Under the pieces are notes generated by a model, which saw only the letters and a program-made list of their open reading frames with translations, did no database searches and was not told the origin of the DNA. A stretch of DNA of 64,000 nt, from the NCBI RefSeq assembly GCF_006345805.1, contig NC_043016.1, positions 28,706,001 through 28,770,000 of the forward strand. The letters are read 5' to 3'. Each line of letters starts with the position of its first letter. Positions within the stretch are counted from its first letter, which is position 1. This DNA comes from Octopus sinensis (lineage: Eukaryota). Below are positions 39,001-51,000 of the stretch, one piece after another. The position numbers and the translations under genes were made by a program.

Positions 39001-42000
39001 GGACGCACCTACTTTGGTTTTTTTTTTTTAATTTCTTTTTTTACAGAAACCCCCATTTTCGAGTACGAGGATTCTGATTCTGCAAAAAAAAAAAAAATGG
39101 CATTTTAAAATTTCAATCCCCCCCACCACCACCACCAAATTCTTCCGTTTTCACTTTTTTTCTTAAAAATTGTAACTTTACAAAATTTGTTTTTCGAGAA
39201 TTATAATCTCCGTATTTTTCTATGTATTTCGCAAAAACCAAATTTGTGAAAAAAGTGAAAATTGAAGAATTTTGGTGGGAAATTAAAATTTTTAAATGCC
39301 GTTTTTTTTTTGGGGGGGGGGGTCAGAATGAGAATATCTGTACTCGTAAATGGGTGAATTCTGTTTAAAAAAAAAAGACGAAAGGGGGTGCAGTCCACAT
39401 TCTTTACGTCCGCCCTGTCTTCTACTACACCCCCGCACTTACCAATACCTTGTAAATGAATTTGGTAGATTTGAACTATGTGGAAGTCGTGTGTATGTGT
39501 ATGGTGTCCACCACGGCTTGACAGCCAGCGTTGCTTATGTTCCTCCTCCCCCGTAACGTAGCGGTTCGGTTAAAGACACCGATAGAATAAGTACCAGGTT
39601 GTAAAAGAAATACAAAAATCCTTCAAGGCTTTTCCCTAGTTTGGCTGAAACAGCTAAAAGAAAAGGTTAAAGAGAAAAAAAGAGTGAAAGACAATGTAGA
39701 GATATCCCAGGAGTAGAAGCGTTGAAACAAAATTTTTAAGATGAAAAGAAAAGCGTTGGTTGATTAGTTTGTAATACAGGTAATAAAGTTGATAAACACA
39801 ATTTGAAACGTATTTACATGAATCACAAAATACAGATTTAAAGATATTGAAAAAAATTATGTAGTGTATCATCTCGACAGCTGTTTCAAGTCATAATTTA
39901 TGTAAATACCATATTCATAATAGTAATATGTTCGTGATGTCATAGGTGTGCTACCAGCTATATGTTCAGTTAGGCATCCCCCTTTTCAAGAGTAGAGTGG
40001 CAAATACCCCATTATGCATTATTAGTTATGTTACAAGAGAACTAAGGTTAGAATCTAAGATTAGCGTTTGGTGTTGAATTAAGAATAAAGATTCAGGTTT
40101 AGGGTTACGATTATGTTGCAATTTTTTTATCTTTTAATTTTGAATGGAGATTTTAGCTACTATTTCATAATTGTTTATCCTTTCTAAATACTCCTTCCCC
40201 CACCCCAATTCCAGTCGTGACCATCCCGTTTTTTTTCTTCTTTTTTTTACGAGTGGATACATAATTACAGTTTAGTTTCTTCTCTCGTTTTTCCTTGACT
40301 TTCCGCTTAACATTTTTTTTATCAATGCATACTTTTGCATGTACGAAGGCAATATCGGACTTGTTATCCATTTTGAATTCCTGATTCGATGCGTCAACTT
40401 CGGGATATTCCAATTTAAACGATAATTAAATTAACAGAAGAAACAGGAAAAAAAAATATTTCATTGTTTATAATGATAAAAGTTTCCGTGACAATTTTTT
40501 TTTTAATATCTAGTCTTCTTCTATATTTAAGAGACGAGGAATTATGTACATTATTTAAATTTGACGGATACTTGTCCTCATCTTGTTTATTGTTAACACA
40601 ACGTTTCGGCTGATATACCCTCCAGCCTTCATCAGGTGTCTTGGGGAAAATTTAGAACCTGGGTTCTCATTCCTAAGGTATTTTTCCATGTTGTTGTTGT
40701 TGTTGATCAGGTCACTGCCTGGAATTGAACTCGGAATCTTGGGGGTTAAGAGCGCGGGCTACTAACCCTAAGATTCCGAGTTCGATTCCAGGCAGTGACC
40801 TGAATAATGATAATAATAATAATAATATCGAAAAATATCTTAGGAATGAGAGAACCCAGGTTCGAAATTTCCCCCAAGACACCTGATGAAGGCTGGAGGG
40901 TATATCAGCCGAGACGTTTTAACAACAAACAAGATGAGGACAAATATCCGTCAAATATAAATAATGTATCTAGCCTTCTTGTTAATAAATATGATAAAAT
41001 TCAAAGTAAAAGTTCTTTAAATTTTGATGGCAAAGGAAATTTTAAAATATTGTTACTAATTCAGATATAGTGGGAGAGTCAGCAAGTTATGCGCGCGTTA
41101 ATATCTTTGATAAAATATTGTTTTGAGATATTTTTTCACGTACGTGAAATGTAATTTTATAAATTGCAACTTCAGAAAGTATTATTCCTTTATCTAAACC
41201 AATATTCATGATAACTAAAAAAAAAAAAAAATTCTTTCCTAGTGACTTTTTCCGTTCACCATAAATCTCCCCTCCCACTCATGAATTTTTGACCTGTTGT
41301 ACTTTTAATCACTAGTTTTATTTTAGCACCTCTTGACCTTAACTGACATTTTCCGTTCCCTTGAACTAGTTACATGTAATAATATTACTGTAAGAGAATT
41401 TGCGTCCATAAACATTTTTTTCCTCTCTCTTTCCTTATATTCAATAAGGCAAAATCCAGCGGTCATCTAGTTAAAATTTCGTTCCCGTTTAAACCCATTA
41501 CACGTTCGACCCAATCAGTTCTAAAAGAACTGTTCGATTAAGAAGAGTTATTCCTTATTTATTCATCATCTCATATCGTAAGCTTCACTCATCAAAGATT
41601 ATTTAAGCAGTCATAATTTCAAACCCACGCTATATAATTTATATAATACCACTGAACAACTTATGTAATTCAAGGTGCATTCTTTTGAGATGCTGTTTTA
41701 GCAGTTGAATTACATTCAAAACCCTAAAAATGATATCCACTGGTACTTTATGAGGGGGTTCAAAGTTGTTTTAACCTTTTTTCTTTGGCCAAGCCGTCAT
41801 CTTTTGTTTTCGCGACTTTGAATGAAACTGAAGAAACTTCTAGGCAAGAAATTATTTTCATATCGGATGTATTTCCGCACTATGTGAACTTTGTTTCTTG
41901 TCATATTTTTAAAGTTTGTTATATTTCCTTATTGTTCATGATAAATTACTTTATGTTGTTAATTGATTTATATCCACTTTAACAACCAATTTGGCAGCAT

Positions 42001-45000
42001 TTAAAAAAAAATTCTGATATAAATATATATATGCATTTTTTCAAAAAAAAACAAAAAACCTCAAAATACGCGTATGAATACGTTGACGGCGTTGTGGGAC
42101 TATTTGTAGGAAATATAAAGTTATCCGTTGTCAGTTCTACAATTAGTCACCCTAAGTACTAAGTTCAGTATCACAGCACAGCTACTAATCATGCTGCGTT
42201 ACAATATGTGTATACATTCTAAAATATCCGATGCCTGTATTCACAAATACAGGCATCGAGGTAGGATGAATTCAGCTACAACCTTTGAATTAAGAAATTA
42301 CTGGCAGATTCAGCCACAACCGTAGAACTTACATAAATATGTCTGTTCACTCTGCCAGGTGCTGTCTTCCTTTCTTTTTGTGAGTTGTTCGATTTAATTT
42401 TTTTTTCTAGAAAGCTTATACAAAGCTTGTATTTTTGGTAAAACAATCCATTTTATTACATATTTTTTAATACCCGAAACGTATCTTATATTTTTAGCTG
42501 TTGTGAATTCAAATAGTCGGGTTACCGTGTCCTAAAAACAATATTTTTTTTCTTTTTAATTGTCGGTGTTTAATTTTGCAATTGGATTGCGAAAATATAT
42601 TTTTAATTACTTAGAATTTGTTCATAAATAACCTATGCTAACAATAAACTCTCTAATTGAATTTGTAATTAGCTTAATTTTATTAAAATTCACCTAAACA
42701 ATTAGGTCTAGAAAAAAATAGTTTGAAGTATATAATTAAAGAAATTATAAGTCGTTAATTAACTAAAAATACATGTTGTATACAATACCAACTCGATTTA
42801 TATAATAGCATTATTCACATGTTAAGGCATTTTTAATATAAAACAGTCAAGCTCAAAAATAACCCTAAATCATTTATTTGTTTTCATGTGACACGCTTTC
42901 TGCGATTCCCCTTTAAACTATGTAGAAACAATAAACTTTGCGCCTATTAAAAAAAATATCTTAGGTCTATATTCTGAGAACTTTACCAATATTGAAGTTG
43001 CCAATTCATTTATCGATTTATAGTTTTGATTGATATCTGTCCAATTTTCATTGTTCTTTGTCGATGGGAATTCCTCGAGTTTCCATACCCGGAGCGTATC
43101 CTGTTATGAGAAGAGACAAGAATTTGGCCTTGTTATAATTGTATGGCAATTGTTTTGGTTTAATTAATAACAGTTATGTTGCCTTATTAGTTTATCTTTA
43201 ATTATAACAGTTTGTGTTAAATAACGAGCTACATTAGTAATTACTATGAGCAACTTTTAACTTATTGGAGCATCGTGACCCAGTAAAGTTCTTAACAGGG
43301 TACTTTGTTACCCGACACTGATTATTGGCAGAAAGCTGTGCCGTATAGTGTATTGATATTATATTATATATTATTATATTATTTTATGTTATATTTTGTT
43401 ATTGTATGTGTATGCATACATTTATATTTGTATGTGTATCATATATGGCATTTCTGTGTATGGATATATTTCTGAGGATATATCTATGAATTTGCGGAAA
43501 CGGAGATTCTTTTCTATAAAATGAAATCCGAATTTGTAGATTAACAGATTTGCCTTAGCTTCTTTTTTTTTTCCATACGTACATTTACACATACACACAC
43601 ACACGTGTGTATGTGTACGCACCTATTAGTATTTTTTATATTCCTGTGTGACACAGGCATAGAAAAGGTAGTCACCTGAATACATAGGTATTATGTGTTG
43701 ATGCATATTTAAATAATCTTCAAGTTCCGTTTTTAATTTTTGACTAATTTTATCATTAAATTCATTATAATCATTGTAACTTGTATGCATGTGTCAATCT
43801 CATATATCTGTATAATATGACCCAATAATTCTAATTATTTACGTTTGTCTTAAACTTTGCAATAAAAAAATCCTGTCACAGACACACTAATTAATATATA
43901 TGCGTACACGTGCATGGAATTCTATTTTGTTTTAGGAAGTTCAGAATTAGTATTTCATAAAATACAGGAATACTTTAAACAATTTATATATAAATATTCC
44001 TTCTTTTTTCCCCATGAGGTGCCTAATTCGAAATTTCCTGGTTTTTTAAAAAAATTTATGACGAATTCTGTTATGCAAGATATAGGGTCATTTGAAATAT
44101 GAAGTTCATAAAAACGTTCAGTGTTTGTGATATAGGTGTGAATAAAATTAAGATATCCCCCACCGTACTTCATAAGATTTTAGAGTGTTACGGCATTATT
44201 TGCTACATTTCTTTTTGGTTAAAAAATGCTGTATTCTTGAGTTAAAACAGCAAGTCTATAACCAAAGGTTTTTTCCAACCAATGTGATACGATCGAGACC
44301 TTCCTGTTCTAAGTCGATAGCGTGTTTTTTGCTGTTCTTTCTGGATCTCATATCTCAAGTTTGAGGGAATTGTGTGTGAGTATGTAAAATAAATATTTAC
44401 GTCTTCGGCTGTTTTACCTCTTTTAGTTTTTGAGTTTAGGAATCTTTGATAATGTGACTGCTAATAACTTCATCACCACCACCAATTATATAGTCGCATT
44501 TTCTTTGTATTCCGTCTATGACCAACCGATATTTTATAACATTTTATATTCTCTATTTTTTTTTTGTTTACTTAAGTCATTTTGGTCATACTGGGGAATC
44601 CTAGTACTTTATTTGCCTCCTTTTTGCCGAACCGGTAAGTTATGGGATCGTAAACTAACCAACACCGGTTGTCAAGTGATGTGGGACAGACAGACACGCA
44701 CACACACACACATATAGACGACGAGTTTTTTTTTCAATTTCCTTCTACAAATTCCACTCAGGGCTTTGTTCAATGAAGGGTCACAGTAGAAAGACACTGA
44801 ACGCAAAAAGTATGTGGTTGGGAGGCATATCTGTCTTTAAAGAACCCCTGGTTTAATTACAACTGGCTAATCTTTATTTAATATCTTTGCAGGTTTTGGT
44901 GGCTTTGGCTTGTGATCTTGGTCTGGATTCTCTTCAGTGTTGTGTTGAAGCACACAAATGGGCATGGTTTCGCCGCTATTGTGCGGCAGCAAGAGTTTCG

Positions 45001-48000
45001 ACTGCAATCGTGAACAGAAGTGTTTTGCCGCCCTCATTTACTGAGGATGTAATGAAGAAAATTGAAGACATCTCTGCTGAAGGAGAAGTTGTGACCAGAG
45101 ACCATGAAAATCACGAGATTTTTAAACAAGAACATGATGAACAGCTACTGCTTTGGTTGAATAGGTAGAATAACACTTTTACTTTAAACAATATATTTCT
45201 TGCTGCTAGAATTTCTTTAATCAAATTTTAAAATTTTAATTTACACATTTTATTTTCACCTGGCTTGTCTATTTTCCTTCGGAGAAAATTATATCTAAAA
45301 TAGGAAATTCATGTTATAAAATACATTTGTAGGAGAGTAGGCTGAAGAAGTCTTGTGAATCTTCTGCCCAATAAACATCACATCTGCTTTCATTTTACTA
45401 GCATGGGCCAGGAAGGTTAGCACTTGTTTAAAGAACACATATGTAAAACATTCAGAGGAATATTTCATGAGACCATAATTTGAAATTTCCCCTCTGAAAA
45501 TGTGTTTCTGAAAAATTTTAATATCATTCACATAAACAAGATAATTTGACATTAGCATTTATTAAAAAATTATTTCACATTCTGTAGAGAAAACATGTTG
45601 GTGACCTTGAGAATATGCCAACTTAACATTTCTATTACGTTAGATGAACAAGTGCTGATTATGACATAAGATTCAGATGTTTTTATTTCTTCTTTTTACC
45701 TAAATTCGGTTGTATTAAGTCAAATAAGAAAAATCATACACTTGTGGCTGCAATCACTGGAAACCATTACAAGAGAAAATACAAATATAAGGATTTAAAA
45801 TCATTCTTTCTACAGGTTTTTTTACATTTATTTGCAATATCATTTCAAAATTTTCATTGCTTAAGAGCAGTGTGTCAAGTGACCAATATTTTAATTCCAT
45901 ATTACAAGTAAATGTTAACTTTAAAGTGTGTGATCAGTTCCTGAGAACTGTCCAAGTGTAGCAAATCTAGATTTTTTTTTTTACCTTCCAACTAAGGATC
46001 CTATTTCACTATTTTAGTTCAGCATATAAAATATTTTACTTATTTAAAAAATTAGGAACTAAAATGGACTGGTTTGAAATGGTAAACCAAAAAATACCGA
46101 ATTAATATTAGTGACTTAATACGTCTGTGTAAGTGTAAAACTGATTCCTGGAAAGGTGAACCATTTAGAGCAGGCCTGGCCAACTCAAATCGCAGGCCTC
46201 TTTAATGACAGAAAGTATATTGAGGGTCATTTGTATACTTTATGCACTAACAGTCAAATAATCAAATTGTAGAATAAAGAATTTTTCAGATTTTCGTTTG
46301 TTTAGAATTATAAAATTGCAGGCTATTATTGCTATTTATAAATTTTAAGTTTATTTTGAAACAAATGTTTGACACAATTTTATTTTGAAATTAAACACTT
46401 AAAGACGTCTCCCATTTAAAAAAAGTATCAAACGGGCTGCATGCGGCCCGCGGGTCTCAGGTTGGCCGGCCCTGATTTAGAGTGACCTATGTGACAGCTG
46501 CCAAATTACAATTTCTGTATTCCTAATACTATTGTGTATGTGTTTATATATATATAGATATGATAAATCTAGAAAAGATCTAGCATTCTTGATGACCTAA
46601 GCATGTTTAATTTAACGGCTAAATCATCTGGCATCTTTGACCATTCAAAATGACACTCAGTCCCTATTTATAGCCTTTCAGTATATTGTGTTGTAGTAAG
46701 CACGTGGGTTAGGCTGCTTAAATTGTAAATGGCGGTTTTTGTGTGAAATGTCTAGTTAACGGGAGGTAACCGCAACAGAACTGTTCTTAATGGCGATTAA
46801 ATCTAGGTCACCGTGACCAAAATGTCTTGTTTTATGATTTAAATATGTATTTATGTATTTTACTTCTAGAAATATCTTGGCTACGGTTATTGCTGTTGTA
46901 TATTATAAATCCAACGCCAGCACTAGTTCACCAAACCGATATCAAGTTTTCCATTTTTTTATATATGCATCTGAGACCCTGATGTATATCTGTAAACTAG
47001 GCTTTATTTTTCATTTTGGTTGATTTCAAGATTATAGAAATAGAATTGATATTTTATGATATCTCTACTTCACTGATTTACGTAGCTTAACGTAAATTAA
47101 CTTTATTTCAATTATGTCCATGCTAAAATAATTAACATATTTTGGTTCATGTAATTACAAATATACTGTCCCAGCTTTACAGTTTTTAATGTCAAATAAG
47201 TGAATCGGGCTTAAAAAATTTCAATAGAGTATTATAAATAATTGAATTAAGAAAAACAATGATTTGAGATAAAACAGTAACTTACTACTACTATGTACTC
47301 TTCAAGTCGTGATCTTAGATATATATTTTCTTTTTTACCAATGCTATCCCCTCTTCATTGAACAACAACAAAAAATTGAATTGGTAATTCCTGAACATTA
47401 AAAGATAAATACATTATTCCCACATCCCATTGTTTGACTCCTTACTATTTTACCTGTCTTGAATTTATTATTCAGACATTATTTCCATTAAAATTGTAAC
47501 AAGAATTCATTCATTGTGTGAATTAGTTCACAATTACCTTATTATTATTATTATGTATATTTGAAATATTAACTCTGGTATACATTTAACTATGAAAAAT
47601 TGAAACAACATAAAATTTGTGGCATGAAAACAGGTCATAAAAATCCAAATATCATTATATATGTTGTGATACTAATGTAACATTTAATGTTAGCTTCAAG
47701 TTGATATAAAGGTTACATATGATTTGTAGAGGACCTTGGTATACACACATGCACGCACACACATATACATTTAATGATGTCATTAATACATAACCATTTT
47801 TATATCATTTTAAAGACAAGACTAAAATTATAAATTGTGGGGAGGGGGTGAGAAAAATAAATTTGTTTCTTTGTTCGGGATAATGATTTTCCATAAATAT
47901 ATTTATTACATATGCTAATGACAATGCCTGACCTTACATGGTATATAATAAGCAAAAAGACAATGCATAGCCTTCGACCAACTAAGTGCAGACTGTGCCT

Positions 48001-51000
48001 ACAGTTAAGAGCAGAGATGCTTAAGCTGTGGAGATTGTAACTAGTAAAAAATTTTAGATTTTTGTTTAACCCTTTCGTTACCATATTTATTTTGAGATGC
48101 TCTGTGTTTCTTTCAATTACTTCAAATATAACGAAGAATTTAGTAAAATAATTTAGTTATTATTAAGCTAGTGTTAGCAACATTAATTGTGACTAAAGTT
48201 TGGTGGAAGATTTTAATTTAGGATTTTTGAAAACAAGACTTTTGTACTACAGAACCAGGGCCGGTTTCAGCCGGGTTGGTAACAAAAGGGTTAATATAGC
48301 TTTTATTTCTTGAGAATTAATATACATGTACATTCTATATTATTATCCATTTCACATGTAAACAAATGAGAAGTGTGTGTATATCATTGTTTAATGTCCT
48401 TTTTTTCCATGCTGACATAGGTTGAAAGGTTTGACAAGAACGGATGACTCAGGAGACTTTGATAGGTTCTATGTCTGCTTTGGCATGGTTTCCCCCTCTC
48501 AACTGAGTGCTCCAATACATACATACATACATACATACATACATACACTATGTATGTATCTAGTCATTATATGATCTCCATGAGTGACTGCAACTCTTGT
48601 TTTATATGACAGATAATAATGAAACTGTATAACAAAACTGGGTGGTTTTACTTGGGTTAGGGTTAATTAATTTTCTATGCTAAGCAAATACCATGATTCA
48701 GGGATTGCAATTGTATCATTGGCATTAGTAATATTTCTGTCTCCAAAATGATGATAATCTTTGGCAGTTTACTGCAAAAATTGTCTGCTATTCATTTACT
48801 GGAAGAGTGTTTAGCACTAATTCTTTTTCTAATGTATTTATATTTCTACAGACGACCAGATGATTGGACACTGTCATGGGGTGGTAGTGGACAAATTTTG
48901 GGGTGGGGCCATAATCACCGAGGCCAGCTAGGAGGTGTGGATGGTCCCAAGGTGAAGTTACCTGTCAGTTGTGAAACACTTGCAACTTTGCGACCGGTAC
49001 AGCTCATTGGAGGAGAACAAACATTATTTGCTGTTACTGCTAATGGAAAGGTTGTATTACAAAACAGTTTCTCTTCTCCGTTTTTATTTTTATTTTCTTA
49101 TATTTTCCAACTATTATTTATTCCCTGAATTATGAGTCTAAGCCAATGTTCTCTGTTCCCTTCTTAGGTTTATGGTACTGGATATGGTGCCGGCGGTCGC
49201 CTGGGTACTGGTGGTACAGAGTCGGTCGCTACACCAACTCTTCTAGAGTACATTCAACATGCATTTATCAAGAAACTTGCTGTGAATTCTGGTGGGAAAC
49301 ATTGCTTGGCATTATCTGCTGAAGGAGAAGTATTTACATGGGGAGAAGGAGAAGATGGAAAATTGGGTCATGGAATCAAAATGTGAGTATCTTGGACAAG
49401 GTTTAGTACTCTTATGTCAATCTCAAAATATTTGAGTAATTCTGTTTATCAGATCTAGGCATTTTTTCTTTTTTTTTTCTTTTTTTTACAGGATCAGGCA
49501 GGGGTCAAAATATTTTCACATCTCCAGCATTTTGGCTTTTCCTTTTGGATAGTTTTTTTGTTTTTTTTTTAAATTTGAAAGCTCCTTAATTTAAAGAATT
49601 TTTATAGAAATTTTGAAAATAACTTTTTGAAACCAGAATTTATTATTTCACATAGACTTAAATATTTTGTGCTATTGAATATATTGTGTACTTGAGGCTT
49701 TAATGTATGTTAGTCAAAGAGGTTTTTAAATTAATAATTAAAATATTCAAAAGCATGATTTTTATTCTTTCAGTCCTTGTGATCGTCCAAGAATGGTAGA
49801 GGCTCTCCGTGGAAAAGAAGTTATTGATATAGCAGCAGGAGGGGCCCACAGTGCTTGCATCACAGCTAGCGGAGAACTGTATACCTGGGGCAAAGGCAGA
49901 TATGGCAGATTAGGGCATGGCGATAGTGATGATCAAACCAAACCAAAGCTGGTATGGCTTTCTACTATAAACAGATGTATCAGTGTGTGTGTGTGTGTGT
50001 GTATTTTATATTATACGTTATCGTTACATCATGTGGTAAAGAAGCTTGCTTTCCAACTACATGGTTCTGGGTTCAGTCCCACTGAATGAGCGAGTGTCTT
50101 CTATTATGACCTCAGGCCATCCAAAGCCATGATAGACAGAAACTGAAAGAAATCTGTTGAATGTGTGTGTCTGTTGTCCCCCACCACCATTTGACAACCA
50201 GTGTCAGTGTGTTTACATCCTTGTAACTTAGCGTTTCAGCAACGAGATCAATGAAATGAGTACCAGGCTTTAAAAAATAAAAATTACCGAGATTGATTTA
50301 TTTGACTGAAGGTTTTTCAAGACAGTTTCCTAGCATGGCTACATTCTAATTGACTGAAACAAGTGAAAGATTAAAGATATATGTATATAATTATCTGGTC
50401 ATGCTGCTTGTACGGATTCTTGTAACACTCTTGTCACCAACCAATTGTATCTCTATTAGGATCTTGAGCCATGATGAGTCTTTCATTATCTGATTACACA
50501 ACCTTGGATGCCTTTCAGTTACTCTCTGATAGACCTTGGTGATCCTAACCGTTGTTCTTCTAAGAGTCCTCTGCTCAGTATCAATGTAAGAAGCACTGTT
50601 AGTTCAGTTGGGCTCTTCCACTACCTCTTCACAATCTGCCATGCTGCAGTCCCATGACTTCGCTGTATCCCTAGCAGAGTGGTTGAAGGGGTGCTATGCC
50701 TTTCCAAAAAGCCACCCATAACTATGCTGGGCATGGTCGTCAGTCTAAAGTATTTTCAAAATATCTGCATACCCTTATATGTACATACCTATATCAAAAA
50801 TATTTTACTGCTTGCTATATAACCTGCAAACATTTTTATTACAGGTTGAAGTATTAAAAGATTATCGTGTGATAGATGTTGCATGTGGCAGTGGTGATGC
50901 ACAAACATTGTGTATTACTGATGATGATAGTGTTTGGTCTTGGGGAGACGGAGACTATGGTAAACTTGGTAAGTTTTTTCTGTGCTTCATTTTTAACATC

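Noticed and set aside
39437-39480. Minus-strand exon with a strong GTAAGT donor
   Set aside because: The sequence is a degenerate SINE family A segment (tctaccaaattcatttacaagg).
41449-41577. + strand cassette exon (ataag|...|gtaagc)
   Set aside because: Weak AAG acceptor, stops in all three frames and no other support.
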